This document shows positions 49,712 through 61,797 of a stretch of 64,000 nt of DNA, piece by piece. Source of the stretch: Botryllus schlosseri (Eukaryota); contig CM119373.1 of assembly GCA_051294905.1 (NCBI GenBank), forward strand, positions 4,590,001 to 4,654,000, given 5' to 3'. The notes beneath the pieces were generated by a model. It was not told where the DNA came from. It did no database searches and saw nothing but the letters and a program-made list of their open reading frames with translations. The first letter of the stretch is position 1, and the number at the start of each line of letters is the position of its first letter. The position numbers and the translations under genes were made by a program.

Positions 49712-50623
49712 TAGTGCGGAGCGGATCGACAAATTCTCTGGTCCGACTCCGATCCGGTTCTTCAATTCTCCGGTCCGACTAAGATCCGGTTCTTAAATTC
49801 TCCGGTCCGACTAAGATCCGGTTCTTCAATTCTCTGGTCCGACTAAGATCCGGTTCTTCAATTCTCCGGTCCGACTAAGATCCGGTTCTTCAATTCTCCG
49901 GTCCGACTAAGATCCGGTTCTTCAATTCTCCGGTCCGACTAAGATCCGGCTCTTCAATTCTCTGGTCCGACTAAGATCCGGTTCTTTAATTCTCCGGTCC
50001 GACTAAGATCCGGTTCTTCAATTCTCCGGTCCGACTAAGATCCGGTTCTTCAATTCTCCGGTCCGACTGAGATCCGGTTCTTCAATTCTCCGGTCCGACT
50101 AAGATCCGGTTCTTCAATTCTCCGGTCCGACTAAGATCCGATTCTTCAATTCTCCGGTCCGACTTAGATCCGGTTCTTCAATTCTCCGGTCCGACTAAGA
50201 TCCAGTTTTTCAATTCTCCGGTCCGACTAAGATCCGGTTCTTCAATTCTCTGGTCCGACTACGATCCGGTTCTTCAATTCTCCGGTCCGACTTCGATCCG
50301 ACTCTTCAATTCTCTGGTCCGGATCCGATCTGGCTGCGGCTAAAAGTAAAACGTCCGGCCGGAAATCCGACCCTACACGGTACGGTGGTTCCGTGAATTT
50401 ATAAATATGGCTCGTGTGTTTTCGCACTGGCTTGGCGGTTATAACCGCAAGTATACTTGCGTGTGATTGGTTGGTTGGTAGTTATTTAGCTACGAAAGTC
50501 ATACTTATCCATAAAGATTCTAGCGGCATCAAAAAAGTACTGATCCGACTCCGATCCGGTGCGGCCAAAATTGGAAAAATCCAGTTGGATATCCAATCCG
50601 GCTCCGGTCCATGCTCCGCACTA
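49712..50623. mobile_element. hAT-like MITE with an expanded internal minisatellite
   Basis: Termini TAGTGCGGAGC / GCTCCGCACTA, with TCCGA/TCCGG subterminal motifs. Confidence 0.7.
49733..50325. repeat. 32-bp minisatellite, about 18 head-to-tail copies
   Basis: Unit TCTCCGGTCCGACTAAGATCCGGTTCTTCAAT with scattered single substitutions and no spacers. Confidence 0.95.
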
Positions 50624-51581
50624 CTAATTACCCGCAACCATCACGAAGACGGGCGTTTCATCAAAAATCATATGTATGATTTGAGTGTGTGTCTTGACCT
50701 CCAGGAAACCCCTAGTGTCCCACAAAATACCGGCAAAGAGCCACCGAACTATAGATAGAGTCATAAGCGACATATACTCTTAACGACATAAGTTGATAGA
50801 TAGGTAGCCTTGCAGATTTAACACTATGACGTCAATCCAATCCAACGGCACTATATGGTATGTAATTAGGCATTAGACGCTGCTAGCTTAATATAACCGG
50901 TGTATGGTGTGTAGGGTTGCATTTGAAACAGAAAATAATTTAAAACAGATATGTTTAAAACATTTTTTTTAAGTTTTTATAGGGCCAATGTTGATTGCAC
51001 AGTTTATTGACATTGACAATATAACATATAGGGTAAACATGGCTCCTCTGACGAAAAGGGCTTCCGATTCCTGCAATAAACGGACATTTTTGCGTTTTAC
51101 ATGCAGCAGTAGTGCTGTAGTTGCGAATATTGGTTGGATGTCGGGCCAGGAGACGCGAAAATCATTTATTTTTGTCGGTTCCGTGGAAGTGCTTTTGCGA
51201 TGGAGATGCTAAGGAAATACACTGTCATTGAGTCCTCGCCACCGGCGTTTCCATTTTTTTCTATATCCTCGTATGAGCCCCTAGCATGGAATCCGTGGAT
51301 ACCAGGTTTCAAAGGTCGATAGTGTTATGTTCGTGCATTTTACGTTGGTATCGTTTGTCTCTCATTTGTCTAGGATTAGTAATTCCCGCCAATCATTATT
51401 TCCTCGTGTGTCGTGCTTCGTATTTATACCCGGTGTTCTGTTGTCTCGGGGTCTTTTTCGTTTAACTGCACTCTGGATCGTGTCGCCTGTCTTAAAGTTA
51501 TTCTGCTGATAATATACTGATTTCTTATTGCAACCTCGTCGTATTGAGTTATTGTTCAAACAAGATCAAGAACATAACAAT

Positions 51582-51599
51582 TGGTGTCAGAAGTCGGAT
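51582..51599 (+). promoter_or_regulatory. Primer-binding site, tRNA-Leu type
   Basis: TGGTGTCAGAAGTCGGAT lies 2 nt after the 5' LTR and resembles the known tRNA-Leu PBS TGGTGTCAGAAGTGGGAT. Confidence 0.8.
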
Positions 51600-52329
51600 T
51601 CATAGTTATTTCTGCGACGAATACTGTATATATCATGGAATCGGGTATTTTGAAGCTTCTAGAGAAGCAGCAGGAAATGATGGCGAAGCAACAAAGGCAG
51701 CATGAAGAAACCATGGCCAATCAAAAAGCACAGCTGGAGCAATAACACGCACGCACAAAGAAGAGATGGCACAGCACAAAGAAGATATGGCGCAGCAAAA
51801 GCTACAGCATGAGCAAACCATATCGCAACTGATAAAGAGGTTGAATCCCGGTGCGTCAACATCTGAAGCAGCCGCTCCCAAGTTTGATTCGTTCGTAAAA
51901 TCAAAGGAGAAATTTGACCAATATCTGCAACGATTCAACAATCACCTTGCAATTTACGGCATTTCTAACATGGAGAAGAAAAAGGCGTGTCTACTCTCAT
52001 GGGTTGGACCTGAAACGTACTCGCTCCTACGTAATTTGTTTGGTGCTGCTGATGTCAGTGCGCAATCCTTCGACGCGTTGACTGAGAAGTTGTCTACACA
52101 CTTCAAGGACTCAATTCATGTGCAAGCAGCCAGGTACGAATTTTACAATTGCAAAATGCAGCCGGGCCAATCGTATGCTGATTGGATCGCAACTCTACGC
52201 GGAATCTCCAAAGATTGCAACTTCACATGCTCAAGAGAAGGCTGTGATCAGAGCTACGTTGATGAGCTAATGCGCGATCTCATCATTAAAGAAATGCCGC
52301 ACGCGGATGTGAGACGGCATTGTCTAACA

Positions 52330-53827
52330 CAGTGGTTCATAACCTTGCCCCCAGCGCCCCCCAGGGGGTGCTGGCGATCTTGAAGGGGGCGATATGGGGG
52401 GCACTGGGCTCAGGGGGGCGCTAGAGAAAAAGGGCTTCGCAGTAGATGATGTGGTGATAGGACATATTCTCAATGAGTATTCAGAGCAAATTAACACCGA
52501 AAACTTCGTTACATATAACGTTCAAAATACATATAGGTTTAATTGTCCATGGGCGCCTAAATGACTGACACCGAATGTTCCTGTCTTTGCAATCTGAACC
52601 CCAGAAGACGAATTCCATCTGGCAGGGAAAAATTATATGTCAGTGAAGAAATACCAATCTGAAATCGTGTGCGTCTTTTAGTTTAGTACGATTGGGCGAC
52701 AGGGATATTCCTGTTGGGCGATATCTCCGTTGAGCGATTCTATATTTTTGATATTGCGGACAGGGGGTAACGAAATAACATCATGCAACGAAGTCTTACC
52801 AGTGGGTTTGCCCGCCCGAATATGTTTAATTATTAGTTACGGGCGGGCCCTACAGTTTCCAAGAAACCTCACAATGTTCGCTTTAAGTTTTGATGAGTCT
52901 GCGCACACTCAACAACTCACTGCGCTGACCCTTGGACAACAGTGCGCAACGACTAAAAAAAGGTAGTAACTCCGGATTTGTTGTGCGCAACGTAGATTTT
53001 CTTTGTGCAGAGACCGTGTCAGCACTGCGCACGTGCGCAGCTTAAAGGGAACATTGCACCTCACTCAGCTCTACCGGTAAATGTCTTTACGTGAGCAGAG
53101 AGAGAATAAAAATTGATCTCAATATACATGCAATTCGCGATGATATTGACCAATTCAATCATTAACTAGTGATTTTTTTCGCACTTCGCGCGAATAGGCG
53201 AGAATAGCTGCCTCAGTAAATGGACACCCAATGTAGATACCTAATAGGCTATCAGCAAATAGCGGACAGCCTAATGGGGGTCTGGGAGTGAAGTCCGCCG
53301 GCCCAGGACCCACGTTTTTTGTTTGGGGGGGGGGGGCTGACGAAGTGATGTTACGGCCCTGGTAACGAATAATTATACCTGCGGGCACGCCCGAATATAT
53401 CTAATTATTAATTACGTGTCCTTTATTTTCCTATACAACAGCTCACTCAGTGCTACTGGTAAATCTGATTACGTGGGCTGAGAGGATAAAAAGTTTCTAG
53501 CGACTTATATATGTAATTATCACCTATTCATTCATGCATTATGGAAAATTTTGGTACCTAGGGCGACCAGGTCACACAAACTTTGCTGACCATCAAAATC
53601 ACGATATGGGGTTCGGGGGGGGGGGGGGCGAAGCCCTCAGAAGTTCGGTTTATCACGCTATGGGTGCGCAAGGCAATCGTTTTTAGGGGGTTGACGAAGT
53701 GCTGTTACGGCCCTCCCTCTTACTCATTGTCTTTATTACATTCCTTACAATATGAAGTTGGGGGGGGCGCTGGAGCACGATAATTTTTGAAAGGGGGCGC
53801 TGGAAGAAAAAAGGTTAAGAACCACTG
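52330..53827. mobile_element. Charlie-type hAT non-autonomous element inserted in Gypsy gag
   Basis: Termini CAGTGGTTCATAACCT / AGGTTAAGAACCACTG and a perfect TSD GTCTAACA (52322-52329 and 53828-53835). Confidence 0.93.
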
Positions 53828-56109
53828 GTCTAACACAAACCAATCCATCCCTTGACGACGTTCTCAAAGTAGCCACAACATACGTGAGAACGCTGGAAAC
53901 TGATAGGGTTATCCAGGGCGAGAGTAACGGTAAAGATACTTCCACCGTCAATAAAATGACGGGAAGTTATCAGAAGGGGAAGAAACCTTCGAAATCCATC
54001 CAAAGCAACTTCCCGGAAAGACTGAAATCCTGCAGCCGCTGTTTAATCGATCACGAGAGAAAGTACTGTCAATATCGACATGCAGTATGTCAGAAATGTG
54101 GTCGTAAAGGTCATATCAAACCTGTGTCCATGTCTACCAAACCTAGTGTCACACAACAGGTCACATCCGTCAATTTCTGCTCAGTGCCGCTCCTCTCCTT
54201 CGACATCGATCAACTATATCGACGCGTAGGAAACCAGCTCTGGATCAACTCCAGCATCAACGGCATTCCGTTGCCGACACAGTGGGACACTGGTGCACCC
54301 TCCGCCATAGTGGGATTGACTGGGTACAAAACTTTGGGCTCTCCGAAACTCTCAGTATATCATTGCTCTTTCGTAGCGTATGGCGACAAGCCACTGAAAT
54401 TGAAAGGTATTTGCACTGTAACCGTGCAGGTGGGTTCTCAAGTTCGAGTTGGCTTAAAATTGGTAGTTCTCGACGAACACCGTGGGCAAAACATTTTTGG
54501 TCTCGATTGGAGCGATGCTTTCTCCATGACCGCTAAGAGGACGTCTGCTTTGGATGCAATTTCCTTGCAGATGGTCAAATCGCAATCATGTAATACTATT
54601 GTCATTTCTGATTCGAACGACAAATTGGTATCTTTTCAGTCCAATTTTTCCTCCGTTTTCTCTAATGTGTTAGGACGATGCACCAAGACAAAGGTGACCA
54701 TTCACTTGAAGCCTAATGCCAAGCCCGTATTTAACAAGCCACGTCCTTTGCCTTTCGCAAGGCAAATCGCTGTTCAAACCGAATTGGATAGATTAGTCAA
54801 TCAAGGTATTCTCGAACCAATCAATTACAGTGATTGGGCAGCACCAATTGTTGCCGTCACTAAATCTAATGGATCAGTACGCATTTGTGGTGACTTCAAA
54901 GCATTGATTCAACAAATTCAGATATATCAACATCCCTTGCCCTCCTTGGATGAAATCCTTCACAAGTTACAGGGTGGTTGTATTTTCACGAAAATTGATC
55001 TTGCCGATGCTTATTTTCAGCTAGAATTAGATGATGATGCGAAGAATTTGTGTGTCATCAACACGCAATTCGGTCTATTCCGTTATCGACGCATGTGTTT
55101 CGGAGTCGCATCTAGTCCCGCAAATTTTCAACGGTGTATTGATGCCATGATCACCGGCTTACCCGGTGTTGCTAGTTTTATCGATGACATATTCGTTACT
55201 GGCATTGATGAACGCGATCATTTTCGCAACTTATCGCTACTATTTGAGCGCCTCACCGAATACGGTTTCACCGTCAACTTCGCGAAATGCGAATTTTTCA
55301 AAAGTAGTATCGAGTATCTTGGCCACATAATTGACAAGGATGGCAAACGCCCGTCTAACAAATCCGTTGAAGCAATCAAACAGTTGACTAAACCTCAGGA
55401 TGTTCGCCAGCTACAGGCATTCCTGGGCAAAGTCAATTATTATCGCGCGTTTATTTCTAATTTCACGAATAAAGCTGCTGCCTTGTACTGTCTTCTTCAA
55501 AAAGACGCGGAATTCATTTGGAATGCGGACTGTGACGCAGCTTTACGCATTCTCAAAAACGACGTAATCGACGCTACGCAGTTAGCTCATTATGATGTAA
55601 ACAAGCAGCTCATTTTGTAAACTGATGCTTCTCAATTCGGAATCGGCGCTGTCCTCTCAATCGAGCACAATGGCGAAGAGAGACCGATCGCGCACGCATC
55701 GAAAACGCTTTCCGATTCGCAAAAATCTTAGGGTGGAGGCCAAAAATATAGATCAAATAAAAGATCTGGGGATTTTGCACGTTGCTGGATTTTCTGCGGA
55801 CCAGAAAGGTAGATTAGTAAGATTCTGCCAGGACCGACTGAGTATAGACTGCTGCTTCTTGATCCTGGTCGCCACCAGGATTAAAGTCTAGATTAAGGTA
55901 CACAAGCATATAAATTTGGCGAGGTTTGTAATAGTTATGTCATTGTAGATTGAAATTGCTTATCTGAGGCTCATTATAAAGATAGTGAATATTGCATGTT
56001 AGCGATATTTTGTTACCGGTACTCAATTGTGCTTCTCCTTATTGACTGATGATCATGTTATTACAGAATGTTTAATGATAATTGCATACAAACTATGTAA
56101 TAAACGAGT

Positions 56110-58064
56110 TCTGCCGTTGTCTTGCATTGGAAACAATCAACCAAGCCGTGAAATGCCACATCACCAAACATGGCTAAAAACAGAACAGCAATTGAAGGTT
56201 GCTTCAAAACAAGAGAAAGTCTCAAAACTGAAAATGACAGAAGGCCTTCAGAACATTCAATAGTATCTGACCCGATGACGGTGCTATTTATTGCAAGGTA
56301 AGTTTGTAGACATTAATTATATCCATAATACGGCGCATATCAGTAAATTAATGGTTAAAGCTGTCATGCCAGCAGAGGTTCAGCCATTTGAACATCATTT
56401 TGAAAGTGATTCCACCATATTGTCTGTAGTTACTGCAGAAAATCAATCATGTAAGTTATGTTGCGAGAGAGTAATGAGAACTTGTTCGATACATTGACCA
56501 CATCGAGAAATGTTCCCCATGATGAAGATCGGTTCGTGTCAGAGGCAACTCTTCTCGTTATTTTCATCACTACTTTTTGCTAACATATCAATTACAAGTG
56601 TAGATGTATATTATATCAATTTCTTACCCGGTGGTGTATTGAAGGGAACGCATTCACAATATCAAACGTTCTTGTCATACATTCAGCGATTTTTAATGAG
56701 ATTTTTTGCTCGTCATCAAATGATCGGTTTCAGTATTTTTCACCGTCACTAGCAAATATGCATGTGCAATTGTGCATTGTACATGTGTATTGTGTAAACA
56801 TGCGTAGGCCTATAGCCTCAAATCCTTCTGAAACATTCACATTTTTTTTCAGAAGCAAGCTATATGGAATCGCAGTCAACATACGTGACAAAGACGAGTG
56901 ATCTGCCACCTGGTATGTAGCTTCTACTCATTTGGATTTCAAGTCGAGTTGATATTTTAAAATATACAATCTTGCAGTTTCGGAGGGTTTGGCAAACTTT
57001 TGGTCCACTGCCCCAACCATTGTTATGTAAAGATTCTCCACTTTGTACTTAGTTTTCTAGTGAAGTGTATTTGCGAACGATAGAGTTGGAAATGGTGTTT
57101 GACTGCTCGAAAGATTGCTGATTACCAGTGCAATGCACATAGGTACAATCCTGTAACAATTGATATAAGATGGTGTACAATGGAGCCTGACCGATTATAT
57201 CGCTTTGCCGATAATATAGACTCGATATCACTCTTTGAAAGAATTATTGGTATCGGCCATTGGAAATGAATATATATGGGCAGTTTTCGTGAGGTCATAG
57301 CATGGTGATAGGAACTCCATAAACTATAATCTTTTACCACTAGACTGAGAATATTGATATATTTCACATATATTACACTCTACAGGTGTCCTGATACAGC
57401 CTTTCTAGTTTATTTCCTGTCCAAGTATCGCATCGGCTGTAAAGCTATTCAAATAGATGCCCTGAAGTTTTTCAAATGCGCATTTTAAGGTATTCCACAC
57501 CATTTGAATATGGCTATAGTGGTTATCGGTGAAGGAGTTAGATATTGGTTTTATCGGTATCAGCCCAAAACTCCAATATCAGTCGGGCTCTAGTATACAA
57601 ATACAATACAATGAAAACTACCAATTCTGCACTTTGTGATCAGCTGGTTGCAGAATACAAGTTTTTAATGACTAGAGACTGACCGATTATTGGTTCACCG
57701 CTCATATCGAATGGATACCACACTTGGAAACAGATATTGATATCAGGCAGTAGAGGAAAAAATATCAGCCAACAAGGCAAAGAGAATTTCGAAATGATTT
57801 CTTTGTGATTGGCTTCCTAATACATGTTTTAGTTTAATCATAGGTTACTACCTCATCGCAGAGTCAATATGAACTTCTTTTAATTCAGAAAAACAATGAT
57901 CTGAGAATTAAACTGATGGTGTCCAATATTGAGGACCTCAAGAAAGAAAAGAGATGAGAGACGAAGAATGATATTTCAGAAAGCAAGAATTCGAAATGCG
58001 CATTGAAGAACATGCGATAAAAAAGGAAAAATATAGATTAGAACTTGGACAATTGAGGAATTAG
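56110..58064 (+). pseudogene. Probable second (accessory) gene of the Harbinger element, spliced and degraded
   Basis: Convergent with the transposase. Splice-like sites occur near 56298 and 56853-56912. The terminal charged helical peptide ...RKQEFEMRIEEHAIKKEKYRLELGQLRN* ends at 58064. No Myb/SANT motif was clearly seen. Confidence 0.4.
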
Positions 58065-58151
58065 TGACATATTTAATGCAATATTTCTTTGTTCAATTAT
58101 GTCAAGTTATCTAAATAGCCGAATACGCATTTTCTGAAAAGCAACATTTCT

Positions 58152-59279
58152 TTATAATATTTCATTGTGCCTGCCAAGTGTTCCTCGCCTTATAGGTATT
58201 GTCGACGGTGCAAATATTTCGGTACATTTTTTGAATTCATATTTGTCAATTTGAATACAAATAATGGGACACCTGCTCTTTGTATCATTGTATCCAACTT
58301 CAGATGTTATATCCGTAGCTTCCTCGGGAGTAACTGCAAAATCAGGAACTGGCTCATTGGTTTTTGTAGCAAAATTGTGCCAATATATTGTTGCAATGAT
58401 TGCCAGGATGGTGTTTTCGATTTGCATTCGCATAGGATTTAGCAGCATCTGGAAACGCTGTTTGAGAACGCCGAAGCATTGCTCGATCAGCACCCGTGTC
58501 TTTGAGTGCATATAGCTGTATTTTTTTTTTCTTGTGCAGCCTGTGGATTTGTTAATGGAGTCATCGGGTACATTTTTAGAGCATAGAGCCTCTGTCTCCC
58601 AGCAAAATCCCATTGTATTTTTTCTGGCCGAGCTTGTATTTTAATCTGGAATTTGAAAAAGTTCTTGAGTCATGAGTACTCCCTGGCCATCTCACAACAG
58701 CATTAGTCACTACCGGTATTCTCTTGGCATTGCAGTCCATTTGACAGTTCGAAGAAAAATATCCTTTCCTGCAACGATAAGCTTTTCTGGTACAGAGTCA
58801 CCCGGGGACTTTATTGGGATGTGGGTACCATCAATCCAACCGATGACATTTGAAACTCCACCTATGTCAAAGAAATAACTCTTTGTTTGTAACAAATCAT
58901 CCAATCGTGGGATAAATTTTCTCTGTTCTCTGATAACGCCCGAGAAATGCAGTGGATGATTCGGCGTGCAGTTGTCCGGCTGCCACCAATCAAGTCAGCA
59001 TCTGTTTGTTGAAAATGACAGTAGCAAAAAATCTGAGAGCACAGAGTAATTGCATCATGGAGTGCAAAGCTTGGCACCGTACATCCAACCATGGGCTGTC
59101 TTTAATCATGTCCAATAAGAATTACCGTAGCTCCCTTGTAAAATCTGTAGCGGTCAACGAATTCATTTTCTGGGTATTTTACAAATGAGTCCGATATGTT
59201 TGCCAAGTAATGCCTGGGCATGACAATTGTATTCTAGTCGTCCGAACTGTATGCCATCTACGTTGTCCAAAATATCCAT
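58152..59279 (-). pseudogene. Harbinger (HARBI1-like DDE) transposase, frameshifted
   Basis: Fragments ENEFVDRYRF, VIGWIDGTHIPIKSP and HSKTRVLIEQCFGVLKQRF lie in different frames. Confidence 0.85.
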
Positions 59280-61797
59280 ACTACAGACAGTAATAACAAC
59301 AGTACCAGTTTGCAATGCCGTCTTTAGAACTTATAACTGTGAATAAACTACAGAGTAATATGCATTAAAGCTGCAAAATGGCTTCAAATCAATTTCATAA
59401 GTCTACCTAGGAAACGATGGCATTCATAGCACATGACCAAAATCGACGACATTTCCAATCAGCATGGCCAAAGCATAATATTTACTACGAAGTCGATGGG
59501 TTGACATGGCAACCTTCCACGGATCACTACATTTTGCGTCATTTTGACGCAATAGCGTCATACATCCTGGATTTGTAGATCTACTAACTTCGCACGAACA
59601 TCCAATGTTTTGGCGTGCGGATCATCTACTTCTAAATCGGGAGATCTTGGAACTCGCAGATTAAGCGAAAATCCAGGATGTTTTTACTCAGTTTTTTGGC
59701 CTCCACCCTTACTCTCAAATCGAGAAGGAAGCTCTGTCAATCATTCACGGAGTCGCTAAATTTCGTCAATTCTTGTATGGTAGAAAATGTACGCTCGTAA
59801 CGGACCACAAACCGCTTTTAGCTATTTTCTCGCGGGACTAGAAAATTCCCGTGATTACAGCGCAACGCTTACAGCGATGGGCACTAACGCTCATGGCTTA
59901 CCAATACGATATTCGCTATAAACCGACTAATCAGCACGGAAACGCCGACCGTTTATCTCGCCTACCAAAGGGTCCAGACCCTGAGTTTGACGAACTGGAA
60001 ATTCGTGAAAACGCGAAGATCGTTCACGCTATTAATATGGCATTCGATGGCTTACCGTTAACTCGCAATGAAATTCGCGACGCGACGCTGAAAGACAAAA
60101 CCATGGAACTAGTCAAATTATCAGTCACTCATGGTAATTGGAATCCAAAGACGCACATTGATGATTTTTCTAGGTTTTCGACTCGCAAACATTCGCTTTC
60201 TCTGCACGAAGACATAGTCATGCTCAATATTGATGGTTTTCAGCGCGTAGTAATTCCGCAGTCACTTCGCTCACGAGTCTTATCATTGTTGCACGAAGGA
60301 CATTGGGGTATCGCGAAAAGGAAGCAGATGGCACGACGTTACATCGCATGGCCTTCCATTAATCGCGACATTGAAAATCTCGTTTAGAGTTGCGACGCTT
60401 GCCGTAAGGTAATGAAAGCGCCTGATCGTCAGTATCGCGAATGGCCAAAAACTTCTGAAAGCTTTGAACGAATTCACTTGGATTTCGCAGGTCCAATAAA
60501 CAATAAAATGTTTTTTGTCAGCGTCGATGCGCATTCGAAATATCCTTTCGTTAAAGTAATGAATGTCGGTTCTACCACAACCTTGCGTGTGGTCAACGCT
60601 TTGAGGGAAGTCTTTTCTATCGAAGGCTTTCCCGTAACAATTGTCACGGATGGCGGGCCGCAATTCACATCGAATGAATTCGATACGTTTTGCTCTAATT
60701 TGGCAATCAGCCATATCGTATCACCGTCTTGACACCCTGCCTCGAACGGGGAAGCGGAGCGTTTCGTCCAGACTTTAAAAGCTGGATTAATAAAAAATTG
60801 CGACGGGGGAAAATATCTCAACTTCGCGCTCTAAACACTTCTCGCTACGTACCGATGTGCACCGCACCAGGGCATAGACTGGAAAACGCCTGCCGATATT
60901 TTACATGGTCGACAGCCGCGCAATTTGTTGAGTTTGTGCTCGCCCTTCGACAAATCGAAACCCGTTACGCCTGGACAATCAGTCACTCATTTCGAGATTG
61001 GCTCCTCGGTTTTCGCTCGCAGTTACCGAAGCGGACCAAAGTGGGTTGCTGGCGTGGTGACGGAAATACTGGGGCGTGTTGTGTACATTGTAAAAACAGA
61101 TCATGGGTATTGGAGAAGGCTAAGAACCAACTCCAACCACGCTTGATTCCAGCTGGCAATAATACAGCCACACAGGAAGTTGTTCAACCTCAGCAGCCAC
61201 AATTTGAGCAACCATTGGTCAGGAATAGGGCACAACGTCCAGCAGCTAGTCCTGCTCGATCGTCGGGCAGACGTTATCCGCTTAGAATTAGGACCCAGAC
61301 TGATTTATATCGGCCAACGTAAATTACCTTGTACTTTAAATTTACAGGGGAGGACTGTTATGTTCAGGCATTTTACGTTGGTATCGTTTGTCTCTCATTC
61401 GTCTAAGATTAGTAATTACCGCCAATCATTATTTCCTCGTGTGTCGTGCTTCGTATTTATACCCTGTGTTCTGTTGTCTCGGGGTCTTTTTCGTTTAACT
61501 GCACTCTGGATCGTGTCGCCTGTCTTAAAGTTATTCTGCTGATAATATACTGATTTCTTATTGCAACCTCGTCGTATTGAGTTATTGTTCAAACAAGATC
61601 AAGAACATAACAGAAGGCTTTTGTTCGCACCAGACCCAAGTGCGAGCCCAGGCTTTGGCGATCAACAAGCCAACCAAGTAACATTAAGCTGTCACATCAG
61701 TGCAGGAAGTACTATATACTTGATTTGAAACTCGATCACGTCATGGAGGAGTTCTAGAGGATATTATTATTTTTTTGTTATACGGAATAAACCATAA

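Larger units (their letters stand above)
55731..59708 (-). mobile_element. PIF/Harbinger DNA transposon inserted in the Gypsy RNase H region
   Basis: TIR GGGTGGAGGCCAAAA / TTTTGGCCTCCACCC and TSD TTA. Removing it restores [12 protein letters not shown]. Confidence 0.93.
51635..61322 (+). pseudogene. Gypsy gag-pol polyprotein, disrupted
   Basis: Gag LLSWVGPETYSLL, zinc knuckle CQKCGRKGH, protease WDTGA, RT WAAPIV..VRICGDF..KIDLADAYFQ..FIDD, RNase H (*)[19 protein letters not shown], integrase HEGH..C..C, HLDFAG, VTDGGPQF, NGEAERFV. Stops occur at 55618, ~59838, 60385 and 60730, plus two insertions. Confidence 0.93.
51323..61612 (+). mobile_element. Full-length but inactivated Ty3/Gypsy LTR retrotransposon with two nested DNA transposons
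   Basis: 257-bp LTRs at 51323-51579 and 61356-61612 (about 6 mismatches by eye, TGT...ACA), PBS TGGTGTCAGAAGT, PPT AGGGGAGGA, and domain order gag-PR-RT-RH-IN. Confidence 0.96.

Noticed and set aside
49733..50325. CRISPR-like array of 32-bp repeats
   Set aside because: Units are head-to-tail with no unique spacers, there are no cas genes, and the context is eukaryotic.
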